A DNA stretch of 64,000 nucleotides. It comes from Candidatus Omnitrophota bacterium (GTDB lineage Bacteria > Omnitrophota > Gorgyraeia > JAFGHF01). Position numbers and translations under genes: made by a program. The notes under the pieces are model-generated. The model ran no database searches and was not told the DNA's origin. It worked only from the letters and a program-made list of their open reading frames with translations. The stretch covers positions 1,172,575-1,236,574 of the forward strand of contig CP070837.1 in NCBI GenBank assembly GCA_020341815.1. The letters run 5' to 3'. Positions 63,001-64,000 of the stretch are shown piece after piece (position 1 is the first letter of the stretch; every line of letters starts with the position of its first letter).

Positions 63001-64000
63001 ATTGAAAAGATTATTACAATCTCAAAAAGAAGATAGAGAAAGGAAAGTAGAGAAGATATTTTTGAGCTTAGATAATAATCGGTCGGAGATTTCCATATTT
63101 ACATATAATTTTAAAAAATATGGACAGTTGCTGTATATAGTTAAGAAGTTAATGGAAATTACAGGCATAGGATATTGCAGCCATAATATTAATAGAGAAA
63201 AACAAATGTTTTATATACATAAAGCGAGCAATGAAGAGCAAATTTTTCTTGATGAATTGATAGCAAGGATGGGCAGAGGCGTTAAAGACAAGGGGGACTA
63301 CACAAGACGAGAGGTATCTTTCTTTAAATGGTTTAATAAAAAGAGGTTAGTTCGTTCCTTTGATAGGTTTCCTGAGAAATATACAGATGTCTTTGTTCCG
63401 ATTTTAAGTGATAGGCAAGTGGTAGATAAGGTAGAAAGAATTCTATATTCTTCATCTCCCATTGTTTCTTCATCTATCTTGCCCATATCCTCAAGCCCCG
63501 CAACCTCCAGCAGCCCTGTTACTTCATTAGAGGCGTATCTAAAAGAACTTAGCAAGGCAGAAAATATTATGGATATTGAGGCCTCGGTAACGCGTATTGC
63601 AGGGTTAATGCACCGGATGACTGAAGAAGAACGTGCGGGGTTAGATTTTAGCGATATTTTAGGGAAAATGCCCAAGGGCTCTTATAAGAGAAGGCTTCTT
63701 GAAAGCGTAATAGATGATTTTGGGGAATGGGATAAATTTATGATTTCTGCAGAAGGAGATATTGATACAGCAGTAGAGATCGTAGCAGAGAATAGAGAAA
63801 AATTTGAAAAGGCGAAAAAAGGAGAAAAAGGGTTTGCTACAGAGATTATAACTAAAAGAGATACAGAGCTGATACCCGCACAATTAGCTGCCGCAGACCT
63901 TAATGGGAAAGTCATAGATCTTACAGTTTTATCTCCAGAAGAACGCAATAATGTATTTGATATTGTTGAAAAAATTAGGCCTACTCATCGCTTGTCCCCA
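2..64000 (+). CDS. Internal fragment of a giant multidomain membrane-associated protein. The ORF is open at both window edges; about 21,333 codons lie inside the window.
   Basis: Frame +2 contains no stop codon across the whole window (read codon by codon and spot-checked at many lines). The ORF track lists zero + ORFs in frame 2, while every other frame is chopped into ORFs of 237 aa or less. Codon bias is uniform and A/T-ending. Recognisable protein motifs occur throughout in this frame only. Confidence 0.85.
1400..1900 (+). other. Class I SAM-dependent methyltransferase-like domain (segment of the giant CDS)
   Basis: Motif I-like 'DGRILSIGCGEGTL' (Gly-rich SAM loop, nt ~1470-1505). Acidic strand end 'IGIEPKEGLAKAAKEKGIDVVVV'. 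Post-II-like 'ESFDAVVLSEVTEHLDN'. 'VLKADGKIYIAT' matches the motif order of Rossmann-fold methyltransferases. Confidence 0.55.
4480..4620 (+). other. Possible LysM-like (peptidoglycan-binding) segment
   Basis: 'TVHGVGRRALKIAEENNISDPNLIYPKQGIIIQ' resembles the LysM pattern (..IA..Y.V....L...N.L....L.PGQ.L.IP). The leading GDTL element is not conserved. Confidence 0.3.
5100..5775 (+). other. Cluster of about 4 predicted transmembrane helices
   Basis: Long uncharged hydrophobic runs: 'IVITFCKLAGIAVALILAVIGLF', 'LILGFIAILLGLPIMLGVLPP...GLLLTAAGLTVTMLTICI', 'VLIAGLSATGIALTIWAIDVA', 'VGILLAAAGLAIILSGLLILKL'. They are flanked by Lys/Arg-rich segments. Confidence 0.6.
6470..7330 (+). repeat. Acidic Glu/Lys/Ser/Asp-rich low-complexity region with imperfect internal repeats, ending in a poly-basic stretch and a TM helix (7375-7445)
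   Basis: Degenerate repeats 'EEKGTSEDPQTDKKSENKEEKG' and 'EEKRASEDPQADKKTEFKFT', and 'KSEFKFTANNKEDNIPFP' versus 'KTEFKFTINEIKPFSFLP'. This is followed by 'KKRVKKKQKKTSSKTWKKIIIILALIPAIIIGFVQYIAL'. Confidence 0.6.
7700..8560 (+). other. Possible caspase-fold (metacaspase/CHAT-like) peptidase segment
   Basis: 'EVIYVFSHSRCGLGF' is a His-containing strand end. About 90 aa downstream, 'YQLIIADSCKSRKH' resembles the metacaspase catalytic 'DSCHSG' Cys motif. The spacing is longer than in canonical metacaspases. Confidence 0.25.
10150..11640 (+). other. alpha-D-phosphohexomutase-like domain (PGM/PMM/GlmM family fold) embedded in the giant CDS
   Basis: Catalytic phosphoserine loop 'VTASHNPPDQN' (nt 10487-10507). 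Metal-binding loop 'DMDADRTG' (nt 10988-11011) matches D-x-D-x-DR. Sugar-binding loop 'AEESGGAIIGP' (nt 11405-11425) matches GEESGG. The order and spacing agree with the four-domain phosphohexomutase architecture. Confidence 0.7.
12350..12570 (+). other. TPR-like helical repeats
   Basis: 'AEAREYHEKAAKLFKERKFDETIKVLTKIIKLNSSDSIAHHNRGIARERKGDLKGALEDLRKAWNIKA' fits the 34-residue TPR consensus (W/L-G-Y-A-F-A-P pattern positions). Confidence 0.5.
13871..14010 (+). repeat. In-frame 42-bp tandem repeat: 3 perfect copies plus a degenerate 4th, encoding (EVKNGTNDVAELKQ)x3
   Basis: 'gaagtgaaaaacggaaccaatgacgttgcggaattaaaacaa' is repeated at 13871, 13913 and 13955. A 4th copy diverges ('gaagtaagaaacggcaagccg'). 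The antisense ORF 13561..14013 mirrors it as 'FNSATSLVPFFTSC' x3. Confidence 0.9.
14700..15100 (+). repeat. Gly/Thr/Asp/Ala-rich low-complexity linker
   Basis: 'GPGTKTTGPQGSKTGNGTGDGTGGGSGKGTSGQGKGDATPPPSNGFGTSGAAAGFTGAAAGSSDAGTDAGNTGDVDNTGDAGSTG'. This patch is locally GC-richer than the rest of the window. It generates the spurious alternate-frame ORFs 14703..15002(+) and 14800..15009(-). Confidence 0.6.
15905..16345 (+). repeat. Direct tandem duplication of a ~219-bp (about 73-aa) module
   Basis: 'aagcgttcgctttataacttcagatgcagatgcgaaaaata' starts at 15905 and again at 16124. Encoded copies are 'KRSLYNFRCRCEKYILQRAIDWFLSLKYKLLSLLGILGNKKKHYGDSGKEADNEINALEAKGIDLRNPRAPS' and 'KRSLYNFRCRCEKYILQRTIDWLLSLKHKILSLLANLGNKEKYYGDSSREQTDKKVNILKIKGIIKRVFGAPRAPS'. 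Confidence 0.8.
17090..17150 (+). repeat. Short simple-sequence tract (tacctac)n encoding 'STYSPTYYLLPTTYLLISP'
   Basis: 'cctacctactacctactacctactacctactta' is directly visible at 17101-17135. Confidence 0.7.
17395..17649 (+). CDS. Candidate small ORF (84 aa) embedded in alternate frame (+1) inside the giant ORF, with a Shine-Dalgarno-like site. Uncertain.
   Basis: 'aaaggaga' lies 9 nt upstream of ATG 17395. The frame-1 translation 'MSGAEVRSIKFDHIVDSPDYRFVCVTIGGRTRNLRIYKDGMVESYEHGRFIQLPSELAKDIRATLSRTPNIPTFSLKNGKGLSE' has globular-like, non-low-complexity composition. It sits in a locally GC-richer patch (17.0-17.65 kb) with C/G-ending codons unlike the host gene. Frame 2 also stays open here, so this may be a chance overlap. 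Confidence 0.2.
   Translation: MSGAEVRSIKFDHIVDSPDYRFVCVTIGGRTRNLRIYKDGMVESYEHGRFIQLPSELAKDIRATLSRTPNIPTFSLKNGKGLSE
18690..18900 (+). other. Transglutaminase-like / papain-like cysteine peptidase core (Cys-His-Asp)
   Basis: 'GECLEHSAILIGVLRRLGENARLVGGY' has a Cys codon at 18734-18736 and matches the TGase-like G.C..FA......R..GIPAR.V.GY pattern. 'DHYYVLRENGDRIDIWP' has His at 18837-18839 and Asp at 18872-18874, matching H.W.EV...W...DP. Confidence 0.6.
19250..20420 (+). other. Two groups of predicted TM helices (19250-19430 and 20160-20420) flanking a soluble helical segment
   Basis: 'LGAIVLIIMGIMVGFPGLLFAQGLAPAALTASIFGKAIMGTIGVVLAG' and 'LVVKLSFCISSLAAVAWYNWGWKGALITAVGLPIGFPAALIMAIFVSVKII...TTGVLLVMVGGLGLFG'. 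Confidence 0.55.
22259..22560 (+). repeat. In-frame 33-bp tandem repeat: 4 near-perfect copies (22259-22390) then about 5 degenerate 11-residue repeats
   Basis: 'tacagatcttacgaaaaagcgaaactcgctaac' x4 encodes YRSYEKAKLAN. It continues as 'YRKKIKAVEVT / YREGIKAAEAT / YRKGIKDAIAA'. The antisense ORF 22223..22579 shows the mirror repeat 'FVRSVVSKFR'. Confidence 0.85.
22660..23450 (+). other. TM helix cluster (22660-23000) followed by canonical TPR repeats (23090-23450)
   Basis: TM: 'WGIGLSGLVLLTILFMPMMAF', 'FIRVLAVGLGLSQIGWVWI', 'LGGLGITIVFLVGYYLATIYF'. TPR: 'LAYSLRGRAYFELGQYQEALLDYDTALRL', 'LYVSKGSTLFHLGKLQEALDSCEHAIEFDPNLGPAYVNRGTVKASLGNIEEAKRDFEKAVRLD'. Confidence 0.6.
23860..24240 (+). other. 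Cluster of about 4-5 predicted TM helices
   Basis: 'VIPFIEVALLATLVGLMGVALLGGAYLSWIVTTALLGGKAVAIVGSIWMSASLALVSFGAGSLIFY...WWMLGMLAGLVVGSVGALCTPYIIASVTTPSIGLIVETIVGTIGLAICC'. Confidence 0.6.
24540..26110 (+). other. SecA-like DEAD-motor ATPase domain (two RecA-like halves)
   Basis: NBD1 Walker A: 'MVMSTGKTEAAG' versus SecA 'MRTGEGKTL'. 'GYEKVILTSWQKTAVKQDYDRLNTFFKEIGLSCGF' versus 'GVHVVTVNDYLAQRDAE..LFEFLGLTVG'. 'KDILFVDYQLLMNDWAQ' versus '[21 protein letters not shown]'. NBD2: 'LSGTSDKEAFENLGFNVVKVDSRDFEEQR' versus 'MTGTA.TEA.EF..IY.L.VV.IPTNRP..R.D'. 'GLPGQITIITANLTRNANFKLQEG' versus '[20 protein letters not shown]'. 'RQLLWRVGRLVE' versus 'NQLRGRSGRQGD'. All comparisons are from memory of the SecA family consensus. 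Confidence 0.6.
26400..32200 (+). other. About 6-kb (about 1,900-aa) charged alpha-helical / coiled-coil tract
   Basis: Continuous E/K/R/L/Q-rich heptad-like sequence with almost no Pro/Gly, for example 'KEKLEKELALLKPQAGVLEEVDKRIKAIEESLAVKEIEIKIAELKAKQAQAEAKDPHLKREIELQEGRKRHLEEEFRLAKEEEKDRK'. Antisense ORFs in this interval are S/L-rich shadows. Confidence 0.6.
35560..36900 (+). other. Beta-rich region (possible beta-barrel or beta-sandwich)
   Basis: Alternating hydrophobic/polar strands with frequent G/N/D/Y/W: 'TVKVTWNAPSESNKNKLSISAGYDYRESLQPQGRIEHTSLTNSIVIRNTVLGIRQFSLQTDYQLEEEEISHRVSINKLL...NFSLKGDFKDEYNWGVGINYRNIELGKGFAGTASIEGG'. Confidence 0.35.
38640..39470 (+). other. Clan GH-A (GH2-like) glycoside-hydrolase TIM-barrel domain, possibly non-canonical at the catalytic positions
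   Basis: 'IRVNGRPYQIRGPSY...DYDTVVRDIALMRQLNSNTILTYPIEDEGILNAFADAGIKVIIDFAD' parallels GH2 'IRGVNRHE...DILLMKQNNFNAVRCSHYP...CDRYGLYVVDEAN'. 'KGHPAILLWCFNDRD' parallels 'NHPSVIIWSLGNE', but the acid/base position is N-D rather than N-E. 'SGIIFREFNDGWW' parallels 'GGFVWDWVDQ'. Confidence 0.55.
39470..39740 (+). other. Fibronectin type III-like beta-sandwich module
   Basis: 'DGTYQITWSGEAGTSYYEIQEAADSRFTANRRYYYAETNQLDISRQEEGAYYYRIRTWIGDVASDWSEVISVEV' follows the FN3 W...Y.....Y.Y.V.A....S.WS pattern. Confidence 0.45.
42560..43870 (+). repeat. Four tandem ~118-aa (~354-bp) domain repeats. Copies 2 and 3 share a ~120-bp perfectly identical core (42992-43112 and 43346-43458).
   Basis: Encoded copies all carry '(Y/C)W(Q/K)E.(D/G)...(E)W(Q/E)..L..VV(E/D)(D)..R.....(K/A)V.GL(I/V).AL.......'. 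The shared core is 'ALKTSGSQHTTISNAMADTLWPTAGATVEDSQIIGPKG', identical at nucleotide level in two copies. Antisense ORFs 42865..43206 and 43219..43497 both contain 'SVPLGPMIWESSTVAPAVGQRVSAMALLIVVCWEPLVLRA'. Confidence 0.8.
44500..50200 (+). other. Long beta-rich region with YD/RHS-like short repeats
   Basis: Recurrent Y-D / Y-x-Y / G-x-x-Y motifs in strand-like context: 'GRTVYYYTPEGKKVAQEEHYYDLARGG', 'ETVYRYEEGYGYYDSRRQFYPF', 'TEYFNKDGELILCVGNDLIKGRPYVVGYTEETAQGG', 'NITYDNGDRLGVSAYLKH'. Few K/E runs and many G/N/T/Y compared with the rest of the protein. Confidence 0.35.
54600..56420 (+). other. Large multipass TM cluster (at least 10 hydrophobic helices)
   Basis: 'FFLPLNALTIIFLVVLALIALLLSISMPCVATWYIY', 'LGGMIFWQFVFIAAVL', 'IFLVPFIFYSLIVITSMVAHH', 'SIFWPILFGILLSAAFSAFVFHWL', 'LVLGIGCLSLPLIAAGLVLKLTGLVLLALASGAVTLSVLAEIHWWV', 'VSACLGGVFAALAFIVGFSV', 'VVVFILSLEALALLWSRAL', 'IVFLLATVISFGLMHFFGAEFSLFFWF', 'ITGSAIFVMFAEYLLLFSLFMGLMNMLAVIVVCTKFIVWSVIMFPAL'. 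Confidence 0.6.
58080..60430 (+). other. Second large multipass TM cluster (at least 12 hydrophobic helices)
   Basis: 'ISMLANIILPFLIYWDLNCFRGALAALWFLGLFANQVLTLAALIVCV', 'LLIGAASFFCVAKMYSLCLAGPPALAILIYGGINLGINIWLS', 'NNAVAIGLFAACWYILFMM', 'FVLIATAIIFSQGQAFGAFL', 'IVDGIMSFFGFLLGIGALLLFV', 'LPFIGLVSPNIALLLTLVFVGCPFIV', 'VSFVLYLLAAAELVFAGLTFTFMALTALLSLWTILPII', 'IILLMAASITLLWASSAFA...AILAGIAGALPEIILAMMIIVAAFYIILYAL', 'IIKWGSMAFVAFIILFLIMVLILYEI'. Confidence 0.6.
61950..62330 (+). other. TPR repeats (at least 3)
   Basis: 'AMVYNNMGVAFNDRREYQKAIKYFKITIGIDNRSRSAYYNLGYTYQQLKKFEKAIEYYKKAIEIDPEFDSAYYCIGVSLAN' matches the canonical TPR consensus, including the 'AYYNLGY' and 'AIEYYKKAIEIDP' signatures. 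Confidence 0.55.
62366..63532 (+). repeat. Dispersed 44-bp near-identical direct repeat (62366-62409 and 63489-63532) encoding SSSP(T/A)TSSSPVTSLE
   Basis: 'cctcaagcccc[a/g]caacctccagcagccctgttacttcattagag' occurs twice with 1 mismatch, 1123 bp apart. Both copies sit at module starts. Confidence 0.85.

Noticed and set aside
2-64000. Possibility that the window holds several adjacent genes joined by read-through or tight translational coupling rather than one gene
   Set aside because: No in-frame stop was found anywhere, so there are no ORF boundaries at which separate genes could terminate. Internal SD-like sequences may exist, but without stops they would give at most internal starts within the same frame.
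2-64000. Pseudogene or degraded non-coding interpretation
   Set aside because: A degraded sequence would accumulate stops in frame 2 at the roughly 5% per codon rate seen in the other frames. The complete absence of stops over about 21,000 codons and the intact catalytic-type motifs argue for an intact, selected reading frame.

Overview
The whole 64-kb window appears to be one continuous protein-coding reading frame on the + strand (frame 2, nt 2..64000, about 21,333 sense codons with no in-frame stop), and it is open at both window edges. This is an internal fragment of a giant gene (>64 kb, >21,000 aa).

Evidence for the single frame:
- The supplied ORF track has no + strand ORF in frame 2 at all. 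The other five frames are broken into pieces of 237 aa or less.
- My own codon-by-codon read of frame 2, plus spot checks across the window, found no TAA, TAG or TGA.
- Codon usage is uniform and A/T-ending (aaa, gaa, tta, ata, aga), giving a Lys/Glu-rich protein typical of a low-GC bacterium.

The encoded protein is a mosaic. I recognise a class-I SAM methyltransferase motif set, a phosphohexomutase-like domain (TASHNPP, DMDADR, AEESGG in canonical order), a transglutaminase-like Cys-His-Asp core, and a SecA-like DEAD-motor ATPase (two RecA-like halves). I also see a clan GH-A (GH2-like) TIM barrel followed by an FN3-like module, TPR repeats, a ~6-kb coiled-coil tract, a beta-rich YD-like region and low-complexity acidic and Gly/Thr linkers. 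At least eight clusters of hydrophobic membrane-spanning helices are spread through the sequence, including two very large multipass clusters near 54.6-56.4 kb and 58.1-60.4 kb.

Superimposed on this are in-frame tandem DNA repeats (42 bp x3+, 33 bp x4, 219 bp x2), four tandem ~118-aa domain repeats sharing a ~120-bp perfectly identical core, and a recurring SSSP-type 'punctuation' motif (more than 25 occurrences) with a conserved tcc-agc-cc[n] codon core.

No intergenic DNA, promoter, terminator, RNA gene, CRISPR array or mobile element is visible. Both the start and the end of the gene lie outside the window. Giant genes of this scale are rare in bacteria; known examples are in Chlorobium and candidate phylum Omnitrophota. 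I cannot assign a lineage from sequence alone.
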